Origin: Camelus ferus | Taxonomy: Eukaryota | Length of the DNA stretch: 64,000 nt | Assembly: GCF_009834535.1 (NCBI RefSeq) | Contig: NC_045698.1 | Location: 3,908,001 to 3,972,000 of the forward strand | Reading direction: 5' to 3' | Shown here: piece after piece, positions 1 through 10,322 of the stretch | Layout: the number at the start of each line of letters is the position of its first letter | Numbering within the stretch: the stretch's first letter is position 1 | The notes under the pieces: generated by a model | What the model was told of the DNA's origin: nothing | The model's input: the letters and a program-made list of their open reading frames with translations, nothing else | Databases searched by the model: none | Program-made: the position numbers and the translations under genes

Positions 1-549
1 GTGCTGCCAAGAGCTGAGGGCGAAACTCTAGCTGACGGCCAGTGAGAAGCCAGAGCCCTCAATCCCACAGCCTCAAGGAGTGGATTCTGCCCACACCCTG
101 GGGAGCCTGGAAGTGGACCCTTCCCCAGCTGAGCCTCTAGATGAGAACTCACCTCTGGCCAACACTTCACAGCCTTGTGACCATCAGCAGAGGACACAGT
201 CAGTGGGCTGTGCCCTGACTCCTGACCACAGAAACTGTGGATGATACATTACTGCTGAATGAATGCAGTAGTGTGCACTTTAAATCACATGAAGAAGATA
301 AACCTCATTAAATTTTCTTACCCCCCCCCCCCAAAAAAGAAAACCACAAAAGAACACAAGAACGTGCCCTGGATGTGGTAGAAATCATGGGTGTATGTGT
401 GTCTCCAGACTCACCAAGATGTGCACATTAAACACATGTACAAGTTTTTGTGTATCAGTTAAATCTCAATCAAAGAAAATTTTAAAATATTATTGTCTTC
501 AGCTGTTGAGGTTGCAGCAATTTGTTACCCAGAAACGGGTAACTGATAC
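1..549 (+). mobile_element. MLT1-family (ERVL-MaLR) LTR, 3' part, interrupted by an L1 fragment at ~245-489
   Basis: MLT1-like motifs 'ccttccccagctgagcctctagatgaga' and 'tcctgaccacagaaactgtg' end at ~240. The LTR terminus resumes at ~490 as 'ttgtcttcagc...aatttgttacccag...aactgatac'. Confidence 0.8.
245..489 (+). mobile_element. Older L1 3' end fragment nested in the MLT1 LTR
   Basis: 'catgggtgtatg...cagactcaccaagatgtgcacattaaa...tttttgtgtatcagttaaatctcaat' resembles an L1M 3' terminus and is followed by an A-rich tail. Confidence 0.7.
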
Positions 550-1903
550 GCACACACGGATGAAGGCTTAGTGGAGCTTAGTTGTTACTCCGGCGTACCC
601 GTTACGCTTGGGTAGAGATTAGTTTAAGAGCTGGGCCCTATTAGAATGTGCTGACATGGACAAATCCTCTTGACAATGGTCCATGGGCCCCAGGCATTTC
701 ACCGTCACACCAGTGCCAGCCTTCCTGTCCTTCAGGTGTGGACAGGAAAATGGGGATGTGGTCACAGCGTCCTGCCCGTCTTGGGCAGTTAGGAATGGAT
801 CTCACCGAGGCTCGAATCATGCATCTTGAAGTGCGAGATGAAGATGATCTCAAGGCACTTACTGAGGCAACAGCTATTCTGTGTGGACTTCTCTGCACAA
901 AGTTGTAATTCATCTATTTTATAGTCTTTACAGTTTCATAGCATAGTTTAGAAGAACGTAGGCTCTTTTATAGTAAAGTGCCAGCATGTTTCCATCTCAG
1001 GAGCATTGAAATCCATGTGCAAGAACCAAATAGACATTACTTCCTAATTAGGCAGGATTCCAGGTGTCCCATGTCCGACTTCCTCACGTGCTCTTTAAAG
1101 AGACTGGGGTCAACTAGGGGTCTAGTCTCTCCTAATGTCTTAGCTGTGATGGCACAAGGCACAATTTGCTCCGGGGTGGGAGGTGTGAGGACGGCCAATG
1201 ACCTCTTCGCTCGTCTTCTGTGATTACATCTGAGGAGTGTCTGGGATTTTTTTCCCTACAGGTGAAGGATGGAGGAGCATTTTGATAGCCCATCTCCTGT
1301 ACTGTTGGGTTTGTTTTCTTCTCCAAGGATGTAACTCAGCTGTAACAAGATGCAGAAGTGAGGCAAACAATATTTTCTGCACCAGAATTCACTTTCCAAG
1401 AAACTTCCTAAAATATAATTGTTTAAATGAGATGCTCTTTTACATTAACTGCAAGTTTTCACTATCATGTCAATCGGATCAGTCCTCAAAGCTGGAGCGG
1501 GGAGTCCCACTGCCCAGGGAGGCAGGTGGTCCTCCTGACAGAGGACCTCCTTCTATAGGTAAGGTCTGCCCTGCGTTCTGTTGCCTGTTCCCGCCGTGGG
1601 GGCAAATGTGCTATCTGTCCTGGAAGGAGTCTTGCTGGGAAAGCAGGCTCCCACTCACTGATCCTCACACAGGGGTGACTCTGACAGCACCCCGTTTGTT
1701 CCCAGAGCCAGGTGCCATGTGGTTTTATGACAGCAAGGTCCCCTTGTGTAAGATGAATAAGAATATACGTTCTGATCATAACATGTCTTCAAACTGCAAA
1801 AGTTCTTTGAATGGAAGAATTCACCCATGCTCAAAAAATCATAGACTTTCCCTACTTGGTTCTTATCTCTTAGTTCAAACTGGGAGGTTTAAAAAAATCC
1901 CTT

Positions 1904-2268
1904 TAAAAAAACCATATGATATCACTTATATGGGAAATCTAAAAGAAAAAAAAAAAGACACAAATGAACTTATTTGCAAAACAGAAACAGACCCACAGAC
2001 ATAGAAAACAAACTTACGATTACTGGAGGGGAAGGGAAGTGGGAAGGGGTAAGCTGGGAGTTTGAGATTTTCAGATACTAACTACTATATATGAAATAAA
2101 GAACAAGGTTCTATTGTACAGCACAGGGAACTATATTCAATATATTATAGTAACCTATCATGAAAAAGAATATGAAAAGGAATATATGCATGTTTATGCA
2201 TGACTGAAACATTATGCTATACACCAGAATTTGACACAACACTGTAAACTGACTATACTTCAATTTTT
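1904..2268 (+). mobile_element. Lineage-specific L1, 5'-truncated 3' end with perfect 13-bp TSD
   Basis: L1 3'UTR motifs ('acagacatagaaaacaaactt', 'cagcacagggaactatattcaa', 'tgtaaactgactatacttcaat'). TSD aaaaaaatccctt at 1891-1903 and 2269-2281, preceded by ttt, giving a TT/AAAA endonuclease site. Confidence 0.95.
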
Positions 2269-3049
2269 AAAAAAATCCCTTCTATGTCACATTTTTTTTA
2301 AAGTGATTTCACTGGACATTTCTCATTTGCTCCAGGAGTCTGACTTTTATAAGCTGTGTCGACAAGCTTCCTTGCCCTCCGCCTCCCCAATTGTCTTCAT
2401 CCAAGGAAGATCACTGGTCGCTCCAGAGGGAGGGGCAGGATGGGGTCAGGGTGTTTACTCCTGGCACCTCGACACACACATGGGCTGTCACGGGCTGTCT
2501 GACTCACCACTGTTGGTCCCAGCTTTTGCCAGTGTCCCTCTCCACTCGGTCTCTCTACCCCAGGTTCCTGACTCCTGTGCCCCGACCGCTTAGAACCAGG
2601 CACTGCGCCATTCGGAGCTCTCTGCTTCCTGCCCACATCTCTGGAACGAAGCACTCCTCCACCTCCCCGTCGGAGTGTGCCATCTATTTTCGCAAGGACC
2701 TCCACCTGTGCACCACCTGTGATCACACAAGATGCTGACAAAACCCAGGAGGGAAGAAGGCCATTCATGCTTTTCTCTGACAGAAAGAAGTCGAGGTGTG
2801 GAGGGCGGGACCAGCTCACTCACGACCAGAGAGCTCTTTGCTGACAGAGGCTGGCGGGAGACGGAGGTCCCTCCCGGAGGTCCCTCCCCTCCCCAGAGCT
2901 CTTTCTTCTCAGTGCATCTCTGCTTTCAGTTTTAAACCAGAGCTGGAAGTTGGCTTCATCATGCACTCATTTAAGAGAAAATTGGATGCCAAGAATGTTC
3001 TTATATTTTTTACTTATGTTTATTCTCTTATTATAAAGCACCTCGGGCT

Positions 3050-3235
3050 CATTGACAAGGGGCACAGCATTAATTTAAAATTAACAGATAGCGCCATGGA
3101 AATTGGAAGTCTGGGTTATAGCCCGCGTGATTAATTGTTCTAGTCCTGACCAGAATAAAAGGCTATGCTAATGAGACTAGCTGGCACACTCCCCGTCACG
3201 TTCCTGTTAGCCAGGCGCCGCTAATAATGCCCCTC
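3050..3235. promoter_or_regulatory. Candidate enhancer-like non-repetitive island
   Basis: Clustered TAAT/ATTA cores, ATGCTAATGAGAC at 3165-3177 and retained CpGs. No conservation data available. Confidence 0.35.
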
Positions 3236-3716
3236 CTGAGCGACTCGAGGCCGCCCGCTTCACACCCCGGCTTCACGCTTCAGGGGGTTCGGAGCTCCAG
3301 GGCGGCACTGCGGCGTCTGGATGTGCCGGTCCAGCACCTGGGCCAGGTGACAGGTGCACTGCCTGCGTCCGGTGCCTCTTTGTCTGCTGGGCTCTTATCA
3401 TCCATGAGCTTCCCTGAGAAGTGGAGGTGGTGTTTCCCACCCACATTTCAGGTGTCCTTTTACAAGCAGACTCTGATTTAGGTGACCAGCTCAAAATAGA
3501 GAAGCTATCTGAATTTAACACATGAAGTCATAAAGCTGCAGCGCAGCTGAGGAATCAATGAAACGATTGTTACTCTTGGCCTACGCACCAGTCCCCACTG
3601 CTGTGAAGATTACGAGGAATAAGACCTTTGTTCTCTCAAGTTCAGGCCAGCGAGGGAGACGAGCGTCCAAGGACACCTGCCGGATATCACCACGATCATC
3701 AGCTGTGAAACTAGAA

Positions 3717-3950
3717 GCCGGTGCTGTGTGAGCAGAAGTGGGGAGAGTGGGCGCACCTGTCTTGCTCCAGGTTTTAGTGGAAGGCTTTCAACTTCTCACC
3801 TTTGAGTGTTGTGCTGGCTGCGGGTCTGTCATAAACAGCTTTTATTATCTTGAGATGTGTACGTATACGTATGATGGAAGCATTATGCTGTACACGAGAA
3901 ATTGACACAACATTGCCAACTGACTATACTTCAATAAAAAAATATTAAAA
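3717..3950 (+). mobile_element. Short L1 insertion with inverted 5' segment (antisense ORF2-RT piece ~3717-3862, sense 3' tail ~3863-3950)
   Basis: The minus strand translates to THLKIIKAVYDRPAASTTLKGEKLKAF/LKPGARQ..PLSPLL, resembling the L1 ORF2 RT domain. The plus strand then carries the L1 tail 'attgacacaacattgccaactgactatacttcaat' plus an A-rich run. TSD aaactagaa at 3708-3716 and 3951-3959. Confidence 0.9.
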
Positions 3951-5399
3951 AAACTAGAAACTTCTGTGTGCAGATGGACCCCTCTTACTAAACCTCAGCT
4001 GACAGGCATTACCATTGCTCAGCACTGATGTGGTTGGAAACCTTTACCTTCTCCTACCTGTCCTTGGACCGCCAGGGTCTCAGGCACTTCCTCATGACTG
4101 AGTGAGCCAAACCCTCCCACCTATTGGTTTTAGCCTGATCATTGCCACTTCTCACAGCCCTGTGCATTCTTACTGCCTTTATGCTTCCAGCGCCACAGTT
4201 GCCAGGATTCAGTTAGGGATTAAGAATATTAGGATGAACAAAAGAGAAAAGCATGGCTCACTCCTGGGATGTTCTGGGCTGAGGGATGCTGGGTGCACAT
4301 GCCCTGAGGCAGGGAGCACTGGGCTGAACTGCATAAGGAAGACCTGCTCTGCCTGCTGGGGCGGTAAGCAGGTGAGAGGGACAACTTCAGAGAAGTCGGC
4401 AGGGCGGGCTCTGCGGGCCAAGCCAGGGATGGAATGACTGATATGATTTGCTTTTTGAAGCACCTACAGGCTGTTGAAGAACAGTGCCTGGGAGATGCCG
4501 AAAGTGGTTGCCAGGAGACCAGGTAATTGATGAGGTGAGGACTGGGTCAGGAGGAGACCAAGGCTGAGGTGGTGCAGGAGGGAGGAAGGTGAGGGAGTCC
4601 TGGCCAGGACTTCCGATGCCAGCCATTGTTTAATGCCCGGATGCATTTTTTTCTGGTTCAAATAGAGGTGTTGTCCATGCCTCCAATGATGGTTTCCATG
4701 GCGACTCTCCGGCCTTGCTCTTCCAGATCAGCAATAAATGCATGGAGAAGGACCCTGGGCTGGGTGCCTCTTCATCAGGAAAAAGCTCCCCAGGTAGTTA
4801 AAACAAGGAATTGTACAAGTTATTTACACCTCTCCCTCCTGAGGAAGGCAGGGAGAGACTTGTAAAATCTCCTTAAACTTTAGCCCAGCCGGAAGACCCG
4901 AGTACAAGTCTTTTCTCTACCCCAGTCTGCGTCTGGGCACAGGAGTCATCCTACTAGTATCTTTTGCTGAACATTTAAGTTCTTCCTCCCACAAGCTTAG
5001 CATTAGGTGAGCAGTAGTGCTAAGCTATTCCTTCAGGAGGACCACGTGGGTGTCAGCCAATCCAGCTCTCAGCCACCCTCCCAAAGCTTCAAACACAGCT
5101 CTTGATATTTAGGTTTTTATCTTCCATCTCATGAATCTTAGAATTGATGAGGACCTGCACTTTTATTTTCAGTCTAATTCCTGTTTTGTAATTATGTTGC
5201 AAATAACCACCATTTTGTCTGTTGTTTTAACTCTTCCCAGATGCTATTCTCTGAGTGTACATCATGATGTATGTTGCGAGCTGTTCAGATGTGCTTTAGG
5301 AAAAAGAAAACATGTGACCGTGCACTGACAGGCTGCATTTCTTGGAGGAGCCTCGTGTCTGCAGGACCAACTGGGAGGCAGTGGCAGGAATTCAGAGAG

Positions 5400-5790
5400 A
5401 AAAGCGGCACCTGGGGATGGCAGTGCAGGGTCTGGGGCAGGATCCTTCATTGGACTTGGTGGTTCATTGGAGGTGGGGATAGAGGAGAAGGCAGACGTGA
5501 GGATAACTCCCACCAAAGACCGATGTCAAAGCAGTGAGGTTAGAGGTAGGAGGTGCAACTAGATTTAGTGTGTTGTGCTGGGGGCTTCTATAAACAGGGC
5601 TGTGCCGGGACACAGGTGGAGAGGGATCAGCTAACCTCACAGCGCGGACACACTTCCCTGAGGGAAGGGGGGCAGGAGCAGAGGGGTGAGGGCAGAACCC
5701 TGGGGAAAGGCTCCACTTACGGACCAGCAGAGGAAGAAGACACCAAGAGGGCGGTGGAAAAGGGCAGCCCGAAGGCTGGGGAGTCGAGGA
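5400..5790 (-). mobile_element. Degraded L2 fragment
   Basis: Purine-rich tract with L2-antisense-like motifs such as 'gagggcagaaccctggggaa' and 'cagaggaagaagacaccaagag'. Confidence 0.45.
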
Positions 5791-6195
5791 GGGTGTACAT
5801 CGCACCCAAAACCCGCGTCCACCCTTCTGCACCTCCTCCGAGCCGGGAGGCTGCCTGGGACCGATTACACTTATCGGCGCCTGTGCCTTTAACTCCAGGT
5901 AGAGTCCGGCCAGCGGTTGGCACAGGCCAGAGACAAGAGGTGCTAAGGCTGGAACATGATGACCGTGCTTTGCCACTTGCTTCCTGGTGTTGCCAGTACC
6001 TGGGGCCTGGCCACCTCTTAATGTTTTCCCTGGGCCCTGTGCATAATCTTTTTGTAGACTCTTCATTAAACACTCATCAGTTAAGCTGTTTTAAGATCAA
6101 TATATTTTCCCAGCTTGGACCCCGAGTGATGCAATGCTCCCAGTTTGCACCAGGTCAAGGAGGTCACAAGACTGGGACTAAAATGTGCTCTTTGA

Positions 6196-7576
6196 GGGAA
6201 AAAACCACACACACATATGGTCAATTCACCTTTGACAAAGGAGGCAAGAACATACAATGGAGAAAAGACAGTCTCTTTGGCAAGTGATGTTGGGAAAACT
6301 GGACAGCAGCATGTAAAACAATGAAGCTAGAACACTCCCTCACAGCACACACAAAAATAAACTCAAAGTGGCTTAAAGACTTAAATATATAAGACAGGGC
6401 AGCATAAATCCCCTAGAAGATAATACAGGAAAAACACTCTGACATAAAGTGTAGCAATGTTTTCCTAAGTCAGTCTCCCAAGGCAAAATAAATAAAAGCA
6501 AAAATAAACAAATAGGACCTAATTAAACATAATCTTTTATACAGCAAAGGAAACTATAAGAAAAACAAAAAGATAACCCTTTAAAATGGGAGAAAATACT
6601 TGCAAACAATGTGACTGACAAGGGCTTAACCTCCAGAATATACAAACAGCTCATGCAACTCCATAACAACAACAACAAAAAGCTGATCAAAAATGGGCAG
6701 AAGACCTAAATAGACATTTCTCCAATAAAGACATACAGATGGTCAATAGGCACATGGAAAAACGCTGAATTTCACTAATTATCAGAGAAATGCAAATCAA
6801 AACTACAATGAGGTGTCATCTCACACTGGTCAGAATGGCGATCGTGAAAAAGTCCACAAACAATAAATGCTGGAGACAGTGTGGAGAAAAAGGAACCTTC
6901 CTACACTGCTGGTGGGAGTGTAATTTGGTGTAGCCATTGGAAAACAGTACAGAGATTCCTTAAAAAACTAAAATTAGAGTTACCGTATGATCCAGCAATC
7001 TCACTTCTGGGCATATATCTGAAGAAAATTCTAATTTGAAAAGACACATGCACCCCGATGTTCATAGCAGCACTGTTTACAACAGCCAAGACATGGAGAC
7101 AGCCTGAATGTCCGTGGACAGATGACTGGATAAAGACATGAGATTTATACTCAGCCCTAAAAAGTAACGAAATGCCATTTGCAATAACATAAATGGACCT
7201 AGAGATGATCACACTAAGTGGAGTATGTCAGACAGAGAAAGACAAATATCATAGGCTATCACTTATATGTGGAATCTAAAAGAAAAATGACACAAGTGAA
7301 CTTATCTACAAAACAGACAGACTCACAGACATAGAAAACAAATGGTTACCAAAGGGAAAGTAGGGGGGATAAACTGGGAGTCTGGGATTAGCAGATACAC
7401 AGTACTATCTGGAAAGTAGATAAACAACGAGGACCTACTGTGGAGCACAGGGAACTATATTCAGTAGCTTGTAATGACCTATAATGGAAAAGAGTACTTG
7501 TACTCATGTATAGCTGACCCTCTATGCTGTACACCAGAAGCACAACATTGTAAATCAACTACACCTCAATGAAAAA
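6196..7576 (+). mobile_element. 5'-truncated L1 (decayed ORF2 C-terminus, 3'UTR, polyA) with 16-bp TSD
   Basis: Translates in part to HTYGQFTFDKGGKNIQWRKDSLFGK (ORF2-like) with stops and frameshifts downstream. TSD aaaatgtgctctttga at 6180-6195 and aaaatgcgctctttga at 7577-7592, differing by one CpG/TpG change. Confidence 0.96.
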
Positions 7577-10064
7577 AAAATGCGCTCTTTGAATTCAGCT
7601 CTCGGGGCTCTGTGCCAGCGGTGGGGTCTGCTTCAGTAAAGGCGTGGGGAGAAGGCTACGTGAGCACCACCGGGAATCGGCTGTTTCCAAGGGTCCTCAC
7701 TGCAGACACTATGCAGCCCTGGTATTCTATGCAGGGTCCCTCCCAGAAGGAAAGGGGGCGCCTTCATCATGAGCTTACGGTCGTAGCGCTTTATTCAGTT
7801 GTGGTGGCTGCTGTTAATGACGTTCTTAATAGGGGTTGTCTTTTATTTCTTAAAATGTTAACTGCCATTATTTTCTCAGCATGCTGCGCTGTGACCTTGC
7901 CCCTCGGCGCTCTGATGCGGGCGAAGTCCAGGATGACTCAGAGCTCTGATGCGCAAGTCCTGGCCTGTCAACGACCAAAGAGCTACAGGCATCACTTCCA
8001 CCCCTTCTCTGCATCCAGCAGGCGAGACGGTGCCCAGAGCACAAAGGGAAACCAACCAGGGGTGCCTGGCCGAGGGGAGCAGCTGGTAACTTCCAGCCAG
8101 CAAGGTCCTTCCATTCATCCGAAATCCCTGCGGCCTCAGAGCACGGGGGCCGGCCGAAGTGGAATCTTCGCATCAGTGTTTCCATGGTGCTCGTTCAGAT
8201 CACAAATGGCATGAATCCTAGTCTAGTTAATTCTCAGCCATGGAAAGAATTTTGTTCTCTGCTGTTTCTGACCTTCCCATCTTACAATTATTCATTACAT
8301 TCTTGCCCAAGGTGACTTGAGTAGAGAGAGTAATTGATTCATGTAAAGAATAATCTTTTCTATCAGAAAAAAAGTGTTTTTAATAGCTGGATTTTAGTAA
8401 CGAAGTCACATGAATTGCAGGAATAAAGATTTTCTTCAGAAAGCAATGAACTCCAAAAGATGAGGATTTATTTCACGCCCCCAAATGTTACTACCCGCCA
8501 CGTACCTCCTGCCTGATACAACGGCCCTCCTTGTCTCTCAGACTTGCCGGATACCCCAGGGGCAGGCAGAACGGTCCGTCCGACACCCCGTAGAGACGGC
8601 CTTGCAGGGAGACAGAAGGACATTATTTCTTGTCCATCAAGGATGCTCTTCAAAGTTCTCCTCATACAGATGATGAGGGATACAGTGAAGATTTTAATCA
8701 GCTCTGCTAACTTTTAAAATCATTTAAAAATGTTACCATTTTTTTTTCCTAAAATACCAGGCCTTGCCTTTTGTATATTTTATGACACTTGAATTAAACT
8801 AAGCAGAAAGCAGACTCCAAAGATCACTGTACTCCTACATCTCATGGTTTATTTTTTAATGGTGAAATCTTTATATAAGCTGGCACCCACAAAGCCAGTG
8901 GCCCAAAGGGCAGCTGCATCTGGAGATGGACTGCAGGCTGGGACCATGCACCCGGTCCTGGGGCAACCTCTCTGCCGTTGCCTGTGACCCAAAGCAGAGA
9001 CCTTTCCTGAACCCCCGTTTCCCCTTCCCCAGCCTCTGCAAGGGAATGAGAACAGAAAGAAAGAGTTCTTAGGGTCTTTCCCAGCTCTCACAGTCCTTGT
9101 CTTCATGCATTTTCTCTTCGTGCCTCCTCCATAAACCAACAAGGAAGAAAACAGTGCAAGATGATGTCACTTATTTAAAAAGCAAAAAACAGAGAAAGCC
9201 ACGAGCTGCTTGGGCTGGTTGTTCCTCTGATGCATAGATTCTGACTTATATCTGGTTGCAAGCTCCTTGCTTAGCCAGCATTTTTATTAGTGGGCAAACA
9301 TCCAGAATGAAACAAAAACATGGTTATGACTTTTTCCCAAATTAAATCTTGCACTTGGCTTAATGTCAGTGTCTACACTCAAAGAGGGGTCCTCCCAATA
9401 CGAGCGGGTTTCTCTGCCTCAGGATCACAGTCGGTCTCCTGCAGCAGAGACCAGGGGGCAGGGACACTGGTCTTTCCTTCACACACAGGAGTCAGGGACA
9501 CCTTGAAAGGAAGAGGGAGAGAAAGGCCCCAGGATCTAAAAACAGAGATGGGTGAGATTGATTGTCCCCTGTGGTTTGTCGTTGTCTAAAGGATGCTTTG
9601 AGGGTGTAAAGAAGAAAAGTGAAAATATTGAGGACAGAGAAATTAATGTGCAGTCGCATGTTGTAAAGTCCTCCGAGGATGTGGCTTTGGAGAGGCCACC
9701 CTCACTGAGAGGGCATGGGGGGGTGCCTGGGAGGCAGAAGGGGTGATGTGTTTGAGCTTCGGTCCCATGCACCCTCATGAGATGCTGCAGGGGATCTGCC
9801 TGGGATGTTGGGGTGGTGATTCCTCACCACGGGGAGAGCTTCCGTCTTGACACACTGGCGAGGAGAAGCAGGAGGCAAACCCCGCCGGTGACATCAGTGC
9901 TTCTCCTCCCCGAGTGCTGCAAATCAAAAGGGATGTTTTTGCTTGTGGGCGTGCGGTGTTGCATGTACAAGGGGCACAGTATCCTGTGGTGGGGTCTGAC
10001 ACCCGGACGTAGACTATTTCTCTCCTGGCTGTCATGATTCAAAGAGTCCTGCCACTTAAAAATA

Positions 10065-10249
10065 CATAAATAAAATAGATAAACAACAAGTTTCTACTGT
10101 ACAGCACAGGGAACTATATTCAATATCTTGGAATAATCTATAATGAAAAAGAATATGAAAAAGAATATATATGTAACTGAATCATGATATGTACACCAGA
10201 AACTAACACAATATTGTAAATCAACTGTACTTTAATATAAAATTTTTTT
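10065..10249 (+). mobile_element. L1 3' end fragment
   Basis: 'ataaacaacaag...cagcacagggaactatattcaatatcttg...tgtacaccagaaactaacacaatattgtaaatcaact'. A weak possible TSD aaaaata lies at 10058-10064 and 10250-10256. Confidence 0.92.
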
Positions 10250-10271
10250 AAAAATAAGAATCCCACCATTG

Positions 10272-10322
10272 TGTGACACTGTTACTTTGTTACGTTGTTA
10301 CTTTGTTACGTTGTGACATTGT
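10272..10322. repeat. Short tandem repeat, 8-bp units forming a duplicated 16-mer (tgttactttgttacgt x2)
   Basis: Directly visible: tgtgacac tgttactt tgttacgt tgttactt tgttacgt tgtgacat. Confidence 0.85.

Noticed and set aside
1237..2004. 255-aa ORF, with a strong acceptor at ~1261 and a donor at ~1558
   Set aside because: Non-ATG start, no recognisable domain, Cys/Leu/Ser-rich random composition, and it runs into an L1 3'UTR.
5553..6287. 244-aa ORF ending in an L1 ORF2-like peptide
   Set aside because: Chance read-through across L2-like and unique DNA into a truncated L1; it stops shortly after entering ORF2.
6901..7212. 103-aa minus-strand ORF
   Set aside because: Antisense translation of the L1 3' region, a common spurious protein.
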